DNA of 64,000 nt, from positions 1,129,179 through 1,193,178 of the forward strand of contig CBDBNM010000002.1 in NCBI GenBank assembly GCA_965207935.1, written 5' to 3'. A model generated the notes under the pieces. That model had not been told where the DNA came from and ran no database searches. It saw only the letters and a list, made by a program, of their open reading frames with translations. A program made the position numbers and the translations under genes. Numbering within the stretch: position 1 is the stretch's first letter; each line of letters begins with the position of its first letter. Shown one piece after another: positions 55,314-64,000 of the stretch. The stretch is from Dehalococcoidia bacterium (GTDB taxonomy: Bacteria; Chloroflexota; Dehalococcoidia; Lucifugimonadales; JAGWBF01).

Positions 55314-56669
55314 TTATCCGCCGCTAGGGTAGATGGCGGTGCCGGGATTGAAGGCCGCCCATGCAAACCAGAAGTGATTGCCATGGACGATCGGTGTCAG
55401 CATCTTGCCGGCCAGCTCCCCTTCCACCGCATGTCCCAGGATGTTCCAAGTGCTACCGGTCTGGTCATCGACGATGCGTCCGTCTTCGTGACTGAAGGTC
55501 ATCGCCCTTCCCTCCAGGGCGGGGTCGAAAACCCCAGTGGCGCCCACATCCTTGGAGAAGGCGAACAGGTCCGAGTCCAGGGCCGACCTTGTGCCGTCCT
55601 GGAAGAAGACGACGATATCCATTCCGCCGACCCGGTGGCTTATGACCCGCTCCTCTTCCAGGGTGGAGAAGGGGAAGGCCATAGCTGCGCCGTCTATGGT
55701 CACCGCAACGACCCTTTCCTTGGGACGCAGTCGCCCGTCGCTCTCCCCGTCGAACAGGAAGGGGTCGGTGTTTGGGATGTCGTATTCAGGGTAGGGATTG
55801 GTCCCGTACTCCCGCCGGAAGCCGGTGTCGTGGGAGAGCGCCATCCCGTCGGGGTAGGCGTTTTTGAAGTCCTGCCAGGACACGATGGGGGCCGAGAGAA
55901 ATCTCAGCTGCCTTCCGGCAAGGGTGCCAACCACAGCCTCCCCGGTGAACTGCTGCCACCAAGACCTGGTCTGTCGGTCGTACATCACAAGGTCGCTGTT
56001 GCGCAGGTTGCCCGTTGTGCCGAAGTCCAGTACCACCCCTTCCAGGGTGCGCTCGAAGGCGATGGCCGAATTGCAGAGGGGGCAGTAGGTGATCACCACC
56101 GGCACCCCAGCAACCACATCATTGACGATCTCGTGGAATATCATTATCTGCAGGGGATAAGCCCGCGCCTCGCCATCCAGCTCGAAAGCCATCACCGGCT
56201 CCTCGTTATCCAGGTGGAAATTGGCCTCGTTGGGGGTGACGAACTTGGGGTTGTCGATGGGTGGGATGCGGTCGGGGGGTGGGCCGCCCGATCTGAACTC
56301 GTTCAGGGGGACCGTGTAACGGCTGAAGTCCGTGTCGCGCCAGTAGCTGGTGTTGAACCGGGCGCGCTCCAAGGCCCTCTCATAGTCAGGGTCCGGCTCT
56401 ACCAGGGGTTCGAGAACCGCAGGGGCTGGTGAGGTGACCCCTTCGGTTGGGGAGGTCGTTGCCCCCGGGTCCTGGGTAGTCGGCGCCGCCCTAGTCCCTC
56501 CGGGGCCCTGGACGCCCGGCGCTTCCCCTGTGGCGGTCCCGTCCGCCGTACTATCCGCCCCGCATCCGGCAATGAGGGCGACCACAGCCACACTTATCAC
56601 TATGGCCATGACCGGTCTCCATAGCTCGTTCCTGACTCTGCTATACACCTGGCTCATACCTATCCTCAA
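55314..56669 (-). CDS. DUF3179-domain lipoprotein
   Basis: 451 aa. Signal/lipobox (VVALIAGCG), a P/T/G-rich linker, then VVITYCPLCNSAIAF and DFGTTGNLRNSDLVMYDRQT. Confidence 0.85.
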   Translation of the reverse strand: MRIGMSQVYSRVRNELWRPVMAIVISVAVVALIAGCGADSTADGTATGEAPGVQGPGGTRAAPTTQDPGATTSPTEGVTSPAPAVLEPLVEPDPDYERALERARFNTSYWRDTDFSRYTVPLNEFRSGGPPPDRIPPIDNPKFVTPNEANFHLDNEEPVMAFELDGEARAYPLQIMIFHEIVNDVVAGVPVVITYCPLCNSAIAFERTLEGVVLDFGTTGNLRNSDLVMYDRQTRSWWQQFTGEAVVGTLAGRQLRFLSAPIVSWQDFKNAYPDGMALSHDTGFRREYGTNPYPEYDIPNTDPFLFDGESDGRLRPKERVVAVTIDGAAMAFPFSTLEEERVISHRVGGMDIVVFFQDGTRSALDSDLFAFSKDVGATGVFDPALEGRAMTFSHEDGRIVDDQTGSTWNILGHAVEGELAGKMLTPIVHGNHFWFAWAAFNPGTAIYPSGG

Positions 56670-56694
56670 CGTGTTCTACGAAAAGGGTACTTCG

Positions 56695-56724
56695 TTGACT
56701 TGGCTGCGTCCAGATGGTTACGAT
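56695..56724 (+). promoter_or_regulatory. Candidate promoter of zwf
   Basis: TTGACT (56695-56700), an 18-nt spacer and TACGAT (56719-56724). Confidence 0.3.
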
Positions 56725-56793
56725 ACCCCGTGCATTCGATGCTCCCAGCCCAGCATCCTTGATGAATCGTTAGGCTCGGAGGTGCGTGGAGAG

Positions 56794-58260
56794 ATGGCCG
56801 AAGGCACCACTTCTGTGGTCATCATGGGAGCTACCGGGGACCTGACTCAAAGGCGTCTGCTGCCCGAGCTGTTCAATCTGCGACGCAAAGGGCGCCTTCC
56901 CGAACACTTCAGCATCGTCGGGTACGCCCGCTCCGACTACTCCGACGAAGCCTTCAGACAGTACTCCTGGGAGAAGATATCGGAGATCGGGTCCCTGAGC
57001 GCCTCCAGCGAAGAGTGGGAAGAGTTCGCCCGGCACGTTCACTACGTCCGGGGAAACGTGGGCTCCGAACAGGACATGGGGGGCTTGCTGGACCGGCTGG
57101 TGGCGCTGGAGGGCGACCTGCGGCCCTCCAATCGCCTGTTCTACCTCTCCATTGCGCCCAGCCTGTACGAGTCGGCCATTCGAAGCCTCACCACCTGCGG
57201 GATCGCCAGGGAGGACACAGGCTGGCGCAGAGCAGTCATCGAGAAGCCCTTTGGCCGGGACCTGGCATCGGCCCAGCACCTGAACAACATCGTCCGGGAG
57301 CTCTTCGCCGAGGGGCAGGTGTATCGCATCGACCACTATCTCGGCAAGGAAACGGTCCAGAATCTTCTGGTGCTCCGGTTTGCCAATGCGGTGTTCGAGC
57401 CGGTGTGGAACCGCAACTACGTGGACAACATCCAGATCACCGTTGCCGAAGACCTATCCGTGGGAGACCGGGGAGGCTACTACGACGGGTCGGGCGTGGT
57501 GAGGGACATGGTGCAGAACCACCTGCTCCAGCTATTGTCCATCGTAGCCATGGAACCCCCCAGCGCAATAGATGCCGAGTCCCTGCGGGACAAGAAGGTG
57601 GAGGTGCTGAAGGCGATCCGGCGCGGATCCGCCGCCGAGGTTGCCTCCAACGCTGTCCGGGGCCAGTACATGGGGTACCTCAAGGAGAATGGAGTGGCGC
57701 CCGACTCAACCACACCCACCTACGTAGCCATGCGCCTGTATGTGGACAACTGGCGCTGGCAGGGAGTCCCCTTCTACTTGCGGTCGGGCAAGAGCCTGAC
57801 CTCCAAGGTGTCAGAGATTTCCATCCAGTTCAAGGCGCCTCCCCACGTGATGTTCTCCCTGGGGGGTGAGGACCGCTCCTCCTCCAACATCCTGTCGGTG
57901 TGTGTCCAGCCCAATGAAGGGGCCCACCTGCGCTTGGATGCCAAGATCCCCGGGCAGGACTTGTCCCTGAGGCCCGTGGACATGGAGTTTCACTATGACG
58001 ATGCCTTCAGGGGGCACGAAATCCCCGAAGCCTACCAACGACTGCTGCAGGATGCCCTGGAGGGGGATGCCAGGCTGTTCATCAGGAACGACCACATAGA
58101 GGAGGCCTGGAGCATAGTCGATCCCCTCCTGGAGGGGTGGGAAAGCCCCAACGCTCCGGCCCTTCAATACTACTTGCCGGGGAGCTGGGGTCCCGCCGCC
58201 GCCGATGAGCTTCTGGCACGGGATGGACACAGGTGGCTCCACCTGTGCGGCGACGCTTAG
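56794..58260 (+). CDS. zwf: Glucose-6-phosphate 1-dehydrogenase
   Basis: Track ORF from 56434 overlaps the DUF3179 gene. Homology starts at MAEGTTSVVIMGATGDLTQRRL (ATG 56794). RIDHYLGKE active-site motif is present. Confidence 0.96.
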   Translation: MAEGTTSVVIMGATGDLTQRRLLPELFNLRRKGRLPEHFSIVGYARSDYSDEAFRQYSWEKISEIGSLSASSEEWEEFARHVHYVRGNVGSEQDMGGLLDRLVALEGDLRPSNRLFYLSIAPSLYESAIRSLTTCGIAREDTGWRRAVIEKPFGRDLASAQHLNNIVRELFAEGQVYRIDHYLGKETVQNLLVLRFANAVFEPVWNRNYVDNIQITVAEDLSVGDRGGYYDGSGVVRDMVQNHLLQLLSIVAMEPPSAIDAESLRDKKVEVLKAIRRGSAAEVASNAVRGQYMGYLKENGVAPDSTTPTYVAMRLYVDNWRWQGVPFYLRSGKSLTSKVSEISIQFKAPPHVMFSLGGEDRSSSNILSVCVQPNEGAHLRLDAKIPGQDLSLRPVDMEFHYDDAFRGHEIPEAYQRLLQDALEGDARLFIRNDHIEEAWSIVDPLLEGWESPNAPALQYYLPGSWGPAAADELLARDGHRWLHLCGDA

Positions 58261-58261
58261 G

Positions 58262-59011
58262 CTACTCCGGCCGATAGCCCAGGGAGCGCAGGTACTCCAG
58301 GTCTTCCTTAGCCAGGTCGGCCGTCTCCAAGAGGTCGGGGCGGCTCTCCAAGGTCCTCAAAAGGGACTGCCTTCTCCGCCAGCGGGAAATCTCTCCATGG
58401 TTGCCCGATAGCAGCACCGGGGGCACCTCGGCGTCCCGGAAGCTCTGGGGCCGGGTGTAGAGGGGATGCTGCAGCAGGCCGGTAGTCAGCGAGTCTTCGG
58501 AAACGCTGTCCTCAGACCCAACCACCCCTGGGACCAGGCGCACAACTGCATCCACCACTACCAAGGCAGCCAGCTCGCCGCCCGTCAGGATGTAGTCGCC
58601 GATGCTGATCTCGTCGGTCGCCAGGTGCTCCCGTACCCGCTCATCCACTCCCCCGTAGTGGCCGCAGATCAGCACCATCCCGGCCTTGCCAGCCAGCTCC
58701 TCGGCCACGGACTGGGTGAAGACTCGCCCCTGGGGAGACAGGAGAATCACTGGCACATCGTTGCCATCTGAAGGGGCAAGGTCCTCCAAGGCGGCTTCGA
58801 CGCCGGCAAATATGGGCTCAGGCTTCATCACCATGCCAGGACCGCCTCCGTACTGGTAGTCGTCGGCAGTCCTGTGGGGGTCGGTGGTGTACTCCCGGAT
58901 ATCGTCGATGGACACGCTCACCAGCCCGCTTTCAAGAGCGCGGCCGATCATGCTGGTGTGCAGGGGAGCGTGGAACAGGTCGGGGAACAGGGTCAGGATG
59001 TGAATCTTCAT
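58262..59011 (-). CDS. trmD: tRNA (guanine37-N1)-methyltransferase
   Basis: Track ORF to 59179; the ATG at 59011 gives MKIHILTLFPDLF. LICGHYGGVDERV and SIGDYILTGGE motifs. Confidence 0.95.
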   Translation of the reverse strand: MKIHILTLFPDLFHAPLHTSMIGRALESGLVSVSIDDIREYTTDPHRTADDYQYGGGPGMVMKPEPIFAGVEAALEDLAPSDGNDVPVILLSPQGRVFTQSVAEELAGKAGMVLICGHYGGVDERVREHLATDEISIGDYILTGGELAALVVVDAVVRLVPGVVGSEDSVSEDSLTTGLLQHPLYTRPQSFRDAEVPPVLLSGNHGEISRWRRRQSLLRTLESRPDLLETADLAKEDLEYLRSLGYRPE

Positions 59012-59036
59012 CGCATGACAACCGGGGTTCGGCTGC

Positions 59037-59555
59037 TCAGTCGGGACCGCTCCCCTGACCCTGAGGCTGGGTGGGATGCCCCTGGGCATCGCCGCGGAGG
59101 AGCTGGATGGCGTGGGGCAGTACGGGCAGAATGACCTCCAGGCACTCGACGACACCCTTGGGGCTGCCGGGCAGGGCAACTATCAGAGTGCTTCCCCGGG
59201 TCCCGGCCACTGACCGGCTGAGCATAGCCATAGGCGTCTTGCTCAAGGTGCCTGCCCGCATAGTTTCCGCCAAGCCGGGCACCTCCCTGTCGAACACCAT
59301 CCTGCACGCTTCGGGGGTCAGGTCCGTGGGCGCCACGCCCGTGCCTCCCGTGGTCACGATCAGGTCGAGCCGGTCATCGTCTGCCCAGCTCTTGAGACGG
59401 TCGGTGATCATGCCGGTGTCGTCGGAGACGATCTCGTAGCGCACCCGTTCGTAGTCGGGGGCGGCCAGCATTTTGGAGATGGCATCCCCGCTGGTGTCTT
59501 CGCGCTGGCCGTGGAAGCCTGCGGTGCTGATGGTAAGGATACCCAACTTGAACAA
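59037..59555 (-). CDS. mog: Molybdenum cofactor biosynthesis protein (MogA/MoaB family)
   Basis: 172 aa. LIVTTGGTGVAPTD and ALPGSPKG motifs. Confidence 0.88.
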   Translation of the reverse strand: MFKLGILTISTAGFHGQREDTSGDAISKMLAAPDYERVRYEIVSDDTGMITDRLKSWADDDRLDLIVTTGGTGVAPTDLTPEACRMVFDREVPGLAETMRAGTLSKTPMAMLSRSVAGTRGSTLIVALPGSPKGVVECLEVILPVLPHAIQLLRGDAQGHPTQPQGQGSGPD

Positions 59556-59693
59556 GTGGGCCTCCGGGCAGTCTTGATGATGATTTCATGTTAGGAAGCC
59601 AGCTATACGCTGTCAACCTAGGCTTCCCACTCCCATCCTTTCCAATCCGAGATTGGGGGAGTATCCTACGAAAATCCGAACCGGAGGTGGTGC

Positions 59694-61430
59694 TTGCCTC
59701 CCAGGGGCATATCGTCCTACCGGCCGGCGGTCATGGGCACCGAACACATGATCGCTACGGGCAACTACCTGGCCACATCCGCCGGTTTCCAGGTTCTCCA
59801 GCAGGGTGGCAATGCCATCGATGCGGGGGTTGCTTCGGGCATCGCCCTCAACATCACCATTGCGGAGCAGACCAACATCGCGGGCGTCGCTCCCATCATG
59901 GTGTACATGGCAGACACCGGCCAGGTGCACAGCATCACCGGCGTGGGTCCCTGGGCCAAATCAGCCGAGCTGGACAGCTACATCAAGAGGTTCGGAGGCA
60001 CCATTCCCCGTGGGATGGCCCGGGCCGTCGTACCCGCGGCCTGCGATGCCTGGCTCACCGCCCTGGAACGCTTCGGCACCATGACCTTCGAACAGGTTGT
60101 GGCCCCGTCCATTGAGCTGTGCGAGAAAGGCCTGCCCGTCCCTCGAAGGATGGAGCGGATCATCGAGATGCAGGAGGAGTTCATCTCCGAGCATCCCACC
60201 TCCGCCGCCGTCTTCATGCCTGGGGGAAGATGCCCGCGGCTTGGCGAGCGCCTCCGCCAGGAAGATATGGGACGCACCTTCCGGAGAATGATCGACGCCG
60301 AGCGGGGCAGCGCCCACAAAGGCCGGGAGCAGGGCATCCGAGCTGCCCGGGACCTGTTCTACAAGGGAGAGATCGCCGAGGAGATGGTGCGCTTCTGCCA
60401 GGAGCAGGGAGGCCTCCTGGAAATGGATGACCTGGCAGGCTACCAGGCGCAGGTGGAAGCTCCCCCATCAACCAGCTATCGCGGCTACACTGTGTACACC
60501 AACGGACCGTGGTGCCAGGGCCCGACGCTGGTGCAGGTGCTGAACCTGCTGGAGGGGTTCGACCTTCAGGGAATGGGCCACAACTCGGCCCAATATGTTC
60601 ATACCATCGCAGAGGCCGTAAAGCTGGCCTTTGCCGACCGCCACCAGTACTACGGCGACCCGGATATCGTCGAGGTGCCAATCGCAGGCCTGACGACCAA
60701 GGAGTACGCCGACCACAGGCGGGGTGGGATAGATGCTAAAGCAGCATGGCCCGAAATGCCTCCTCCGGGCAACCCATGGCCCTTCGAAGGAAAGAACAGG
60801 GCTGTGAACGTCATTCCAGCCGTGCCCAAGTCGGGAGTCCCGGAACCCGACACCGCCTATACCTGCGTGGTGGACAGGTGGGGCAACGCCTTCTCCGCCA
60901 CGCCCAGCGACGCCTTCACCAGCACGCCTATCGTCCCGGGAGTCGGCGTGTCCATATCCGGCCGCGGGGGACAGTCCTGGCTGGACCCTGAGAACCCCAA
61001 CTCCCTGGGTCCCGGCAAGCGTCCCCGCATGACCCCCTGCGCGGCCATGGTCTTGAAGGACGGACGCTTGTTCATGCCCTTTGGCAGCCCTGGAGAGGAT
61101 ATGCAGGTACAGGCCCAGGTGCAGGTGCTGCTGAACATAGTGGAGTTCGGCTTCGATCCCCAGCAGGCTGTGGAGGAGCCCCGCTTCCGCAGCACCAGCT
61201 TTCCCAGCTCGGGCTGGCCCCATCTCTACGCCCCTGGCGAGCTCAGCGTGGAGGGACGCATGGACGCCGAGGTGGTTCGGGCGCTTCAGGATTTGGGACA
61301 CAAGGTCTATATGCGGGATGATTGGATGCTGATCGCAGGAAGCCCCTGCGCCATCGTGGCGGACCATGAGCGCGGCGTCCTGATCGCCGGCGCAGCCCCT
61401 CATAGGGAAAGCTATGCGATGGGCTGGTAG
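59694..61430 (+). CDS. ggt: Gamma-glutamyltransferase family protein
   Basis: 578 aa. GGNAIDAGVA and the nucleophile context DTAYTCVVDRWGNAFSATPS. The start is ambiguous (TTG 59694 or ATG 59733). Confidence 0.88.
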   Translation: MPPRGISSYRPAVMGTEHMIATGNYLATSAGFQVLQQGGNAIDAGVASGIALNITIAEQTNIAGVAPIMVYMADTGQVHSITGVGPWAKSAELDSYIKRFGGTIPRGMARAVVPAACDAWLTALERFGTMTFEQVVAPSIELCEKGLPVPRRMERIIEMQEEFISEHPTSAAVFMPGGRCPRLGERLRQEDMGRTFRRMIDAERGSAHKGREQGIRAARDLFYKGEIAEEMVRFCQEQGGLLEMDDLAGYQAQVEAPPSTSYRGYTVYTNGPWCQGPTLVQVLNLLEGFDLQGMGHNSAQYVHTIAEAVKLAFADRHQYYGDPDIVEVPIAGLTTKEYADHRRGGIDAKAAWPEMPPPGNPWPFEGKNRAVNVIPAVPKSGVPEPDTAYTCVVDRWGNAFSATPSDAFTSTPIVPGVGVSISGRGGQSWLDPENPNSLGPGKRPRMTPCAAMVLKDGRLFMPFGSPGEDMQVQAQVQVLLNIVEFGFDPQQAVEEPRFRSTSFPSSGWPHLYAPGELSVEGRMDAEVVRALQDLGHKVYMRDDWMLIAGSPCAIVADHERGVLIAGAAPHRESYAMGW

Positions 61431-61450
61431 AATAGTGAGTAGCAGTATGT

Positions 61451-62014
61451 TTGGGGGATACCACGGAAATGCTTGAATCATTGAACAGATTACGTTTGGC
61501 AGGTTGGACGCTGATTATCACCGCTGTTTTGTTGGCGGCTGGCGCTTGTGCAGGGTCCAGCGAAGGGGAGCCGGCGCCCAGCTTCAGCTTCCCAGCCTTC
61601 GGCAACGAGAACTATGAGGCCGGCGAGGAGATCAGCCTGGAGCGCTTTCAAGACAAGATGGTTGTGGTCAACTTCTGGTACCCGTCGTGCGCCCCTTGCC
61701 GGGAGGAGATGCCCGACCTGGAGGAAGCTTCCCACAAGTACCGGGACGATAGCGTGATCGTAATTGGAATCCAGCTCGTGGATGTGGACCCGGCTGAAGA
61801 GGGCCAGAAGTTCATTAACGAGCTGGGCATCACCTACGCCATCGGCCCCGACCCCGACGGCGAAATCTTCAAGCAGTACGATGTGATCAGCTTCCCCACC
61901 ACCTTCTTCCTGGACCGCAGCCACAACATAGCGCGCAAGTTCGGAGGCTTCCTTTCAGCCGATGCCCTGGAGGAACAGATACAAAACTTGCTCGAGGCGG
62001 ACAGGGCCGGGTAG
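61451..62014 (+). CDS. TlpA-family thiol:disulfide oxidoreductase lipoprotein
   Basis: 187 aa. Lipobox (LLAAGAC) and thioredoxin CxxC (WYPSCAPCREE). An alternative ATG start is at 61469. Confidence 0.85.
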   Translation: MGDTTEMLESLNRLRLAGWTLIITAVLLAAGACAGSSEGEPAPSFSFPAFGNENYEAGEEISLERFQDKMVVVNFWYPSCAPCREEMPDLEEASHKYRDDSVIVIGIQLVDVDPAEEGQKFINELGITYAIGPDPDGEIFKQYDVISFPTTFFLDRSHNIARKFGGFLSADALEEQIQNLLEADRAG

Positions 62015-62047
62015 CTTCTCTTCCAGGGAAGGATGCCCCGGGTAGCC

Positions 62048-62076
62048 TTGATTCTGTCGACGCGCAATTGTAGAAT
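62048..62076 (+). promoter_or_regulatory. Candidate promoter of rplS
   Basis: TTGATT (62048-62053), a 17-nt spacer and TAGAAT (62071-62076). Confidence 0.35.
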
Positions 62077-62115
62077 ATGCCGTTGAAAGCCAATCGCAAG
62101 GATCGTTAGAAGACC

Positions 62116-62487
62116 ATGGACGCACGCGCGCTACTAGGCGCCACAGACAACCCCAAGGTGCAGGAGTTCCTCCCGGGAGATACCGTCAAGGTGAACTTCC
62201 GGGTCCGTGAAGGTGAAAGGGAGCGCATCCAGGGGTTCCAGGGTGTGGTCATCCGCAGGCGGGAAGGCGGCATTGGAAGCACCTTCACCGTCCGCAGGGT
62301 TACCTACAACATCGGTGTGGAGCGCACCTTCCCCCTGCACTCCCCGCTGCTGGACTCGGTGGAGGTCGTCCGGCAAGGCGCGGTCCGCCGGGCCAAGCTG
62401 TACTACCTGCGGGGCCTTTCGGGCAGGGCTGCCCGCATCAAAGAACGCTCCCAGTTCGGCCCCAAGGGCAAGAAGGGGTCCTCCTAG
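62116..62487 (+). CDS. rplS: 50S ribosomal protein L19
   Basis: 123 aa. [27 protein letters not shown]...[10 protein letters not shown]. Confidence 0.96.
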   Translation: MDARALLGATDNPKVQEFLPGDTVKVNFRVREGERERIQGFQGVVIRRREGGIGSTFTVRRVTYNIGVERTFPLHSPLLDSVEVVRQGAVRRAKLYYLRGLSGRAARIKERSQFGPKGKKGSS

Positions 62488-62646
62488 GACGAGTCCTTCA
62501 GGCATCCGGTCCCGGCGCCCAGGCCTTTCCCCGCAACTTTCCCCAAGACTTCTTCCTGTTCCCCGCTACCTCCTGCGTGTGAGGATCTGTTGCCCCTTGC
62601 GGCCGCGCCCCCGCATGCCTGATCCTCCCGTGGAAGTGGACTGGGC

Positions 62647-64000
62647 ATGAGCTACGTCGAAGTTGCTGTCGATGCCCCCATGGGGCCTAACAGGACCCTG
62701 TCCTACTCGGTGCCGACAGGCATGGATGCCGAGGAAGGGCAGTTGGTGTGGGCGCCCCTGGGGAACAGGCTGGTCAAGGGCATCATCTTCGAGAAGGCAT
62801 CCCAAACCGACGCACCATACACCAAGGACATCCGGTCCGTTGTGGGCCCCTGCCCTCTGCTCACCCAAGCCTCCCTGGACCTTGCCCGGTGGATCAGCCG
62901 ACACTATCTATCGTCCCTGTACGAGGCTGCAGCCCTGCACCTGCCCCACCAGTTCGAAGGCCAAGTGCGCTCCTACATGCGACGGTCCCCTCCCTTGGAC
63001 ACCGACGGAATTGGTGAGAACGAGCAGGCTGTGCTGGCAAAGTTCGGCGATGCCGAAGAGGTCGCAGACAAAGACCTGCTGAAGGGCTTGGGGAAGAGCT
63101 ACGTCAGCGTCATCCGGCGGATGCTGGCCAGGGGCGACCTGACGCGACGCTGGGTACTGCCCAGACCCAGGACGATCCATCGCACCACCTCCTATCTGCG
63201 CCTCCCCCTATCTACCTGGGAGGGCCCTAGCTGCTTGGCAATGCACGTGGACATGACGGGGAAAGCTGCCGATCTGTATCACTACCTGCTGGAAGCAGGA
63301 GGCAGTGTTCCCACGGTTACAGCCAACAAGAATTTCGGCGTATCTGCCGTCAACACCCTGCTCACGCAGGGACTGGCTGGCCGGGAGTGGGTGCGGACCG
63401 AAGAGCGCCCGCCCGTCCAGAACCTGGCGGGCCTGGGAACGGAAACGGTGGAGCATCTCACTCGCTATCAGGAGGAAGCCCTCTCCTCCATCACCTGCGG
63501 CCTTGAGGGCGTCTCGTCCGAAAGGCAGCACCTGCTTTTCGGCGTAACGGGCAGCGGAAAGACCGAGGTGTACCTGCGGGCATTGGAGCGGTGCGTGTCC
63601 CAGGGCAGGCAGGGCATATTCCTGGTGCCGGAAATCGCCCTCACACCCCAGACCCTGCACCGGCTCAACCAGCGCTTCCCCGGCAGGGTCGCTCTGCTGC
63701 ACAGCCAGCTCACTCCCCGGCAGCGCCTGGACCAGTGGTGGGGGATCAAGCATGGCAAGTACGATGTGGTGGTGGGCCCTCGCAGCGCCGTCTTCGCTCC
63801 CGTGCCCAAGCTGGGCCTCATCGTGATGGATGAAGAGCACGAGTGGACCTACAAGCAGGTCGATGCAGCACCCCGTTATCATGCCCGGGAGGCGGCCCTG
63901 AAACGGGCGGCCCTGGAGGGGGCGGTGTTCGTAGCCGGTAGCGCCACCCCCGATGTGTGCACCTACTTCCATGCATCCAGGGGTGAAATGGCCCTTCATA
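62647..64000 (+). CDS. priA: Primosomal protein N' (PriA helicase), 3' end outside window
   Basis: Not in the ORF track because there is no stop in the window. The ATG at 62647 gives MSYVEVAVDAPMGP. In frame there are Walker A LLFGVTGSGKTEVY (from 63532) and DEEH (IVMDEEHE). Confidence 0.9.
   Translation, partial: MSYVEVAVDAPMGPNRTLSYSVPTGMDAEEGQLVWAPLGNRLVKGIIFEKASQTDAPYTKDIRSVVGPCPLLTQASLDLARWISRHYLSSLYEAAALHLPHQFEGQVRSYMRRSPPLDTDGIGENEQAVLAKFGDAEEVADKDLLKGLGKSYVSVIRRMLARGDLTRRWVLPRPRTIHRTTSYLRLPLSTWEGPSCLAMHVDMTGKAADLYHYLLEAGGSVPTVTANKNFGVSAVNTLLTQGLAGREWVRTEERPPVQNLAGLGTETVEHLTRYQEEALSSITCGLEGVSSERQHLLFGVTGSGKTEVYLRALERCVSQGRQGIFLVPEIALTPQTLHRLNQRFPGRVALLHSQLTPRQRLDQWWGIKHGKYDVVVGPRSAVFAPVPKLGLIVMDEEHEWTYKQVDAAPRYHAREAALKRAALEGAVFVAGSATPDVCTYFHASRGEMALH

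Noticed and set aside
55266-56432. Long antisense ORFs throughout the track. Examples: 55266..56432 (388 aa), 6543..7580, 8687..9568, 11014..12186, 13269..13871, 14459..15265, 15499..16350, 16875..17588, 20269..21201, 24829..25500, 27462..28376, 34941..35840, 38998..39783, 43208..43975, 45339..46406, 60468..61481, 63208..63999.
   Set aside because: Each lies opposite a gene with strong, recognisable family motifs. Their products are low-complexity and rich in R/G/P/A/H, and none shows a known motif. This is the typical stop-codon-poor shadow-frame pattern of high-G+C DNA.
56434-56793. N-terminal extensions in track ORFs: zwf (608 aa from 56434), trmD (to 59179), LLM oxidoreductase (to 55301), binding protein (from 35974), vapC (to 2483).
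   Set aside because: The extensions overlap neighbouring genes or intergenic promoter regions and are compositionally odd. Family homology begins at internal starts that have better RBSs.

Overview
This is a high-G+C bacterial chromosomal segment, densely coding on both strands. Hand counts of single 60-nt lines give about 57-63% G+C in housekeeping genes.

Core genes recognised: rho, tal/fsa, pyrG, lexA, rpsT, relA/spoT, hisS, trpS, purF-purM-purH, zwf, trmD, mog, rplS and a 3'-truncated priA. The metabolic and transport set includes two LLM flavin oxidoreductases, two crotonases, two CMD-family paralogues, two MFS transporters, a SulP transporter and an AapJQMP-type amino-acid ABC transporter. 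This gene content is reminiscent of marine Chloroflexota, but that is only a guess.

Accessory or unusual content:
1. A vapBC-like cassette is bracketed by two about 220-nt direct repeats.
2. A 1.1-kb two-gene insert between relA and hisS encodes a hyper-acidic 60-aa protein translationally coupled to a single-HKD PLD-family nuclease.
3. An intact IS21-family element (istA/istB, 2246 bp, CCGG duplication) is inserted into one arm of a hairpin repeat.
4. A family of mosaic palindromic (BIME-like) repeats occurs in five clusters, including a 328-bp tandem array.
5. A GrdB/PrdB-family gene is split in the ORF track by an in-frame TGA. I read it as selenocysteine (U-P-V-C) with a SECIS-like hairpin. 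It lies downstream of a ThDP enzyme gene.
6. A circularly-permuted ATP-grasp / alpha-E / transglutaminase cluster has an ammonium transporter embedded in it.
7. A lower-G+C patch (about 48.7-52.65 kb) carries an orphan lipoprotein, NYN and HEPN RNase-like genes and a GPP34 homologue.

No rRNA, tRNA or CRISPR array was recognised by eye. Most other long ORFs in the track are antisense shadows typical of high-G+C DNA, or run across the repeats. All family assignments rest on motif recall, not on searches.
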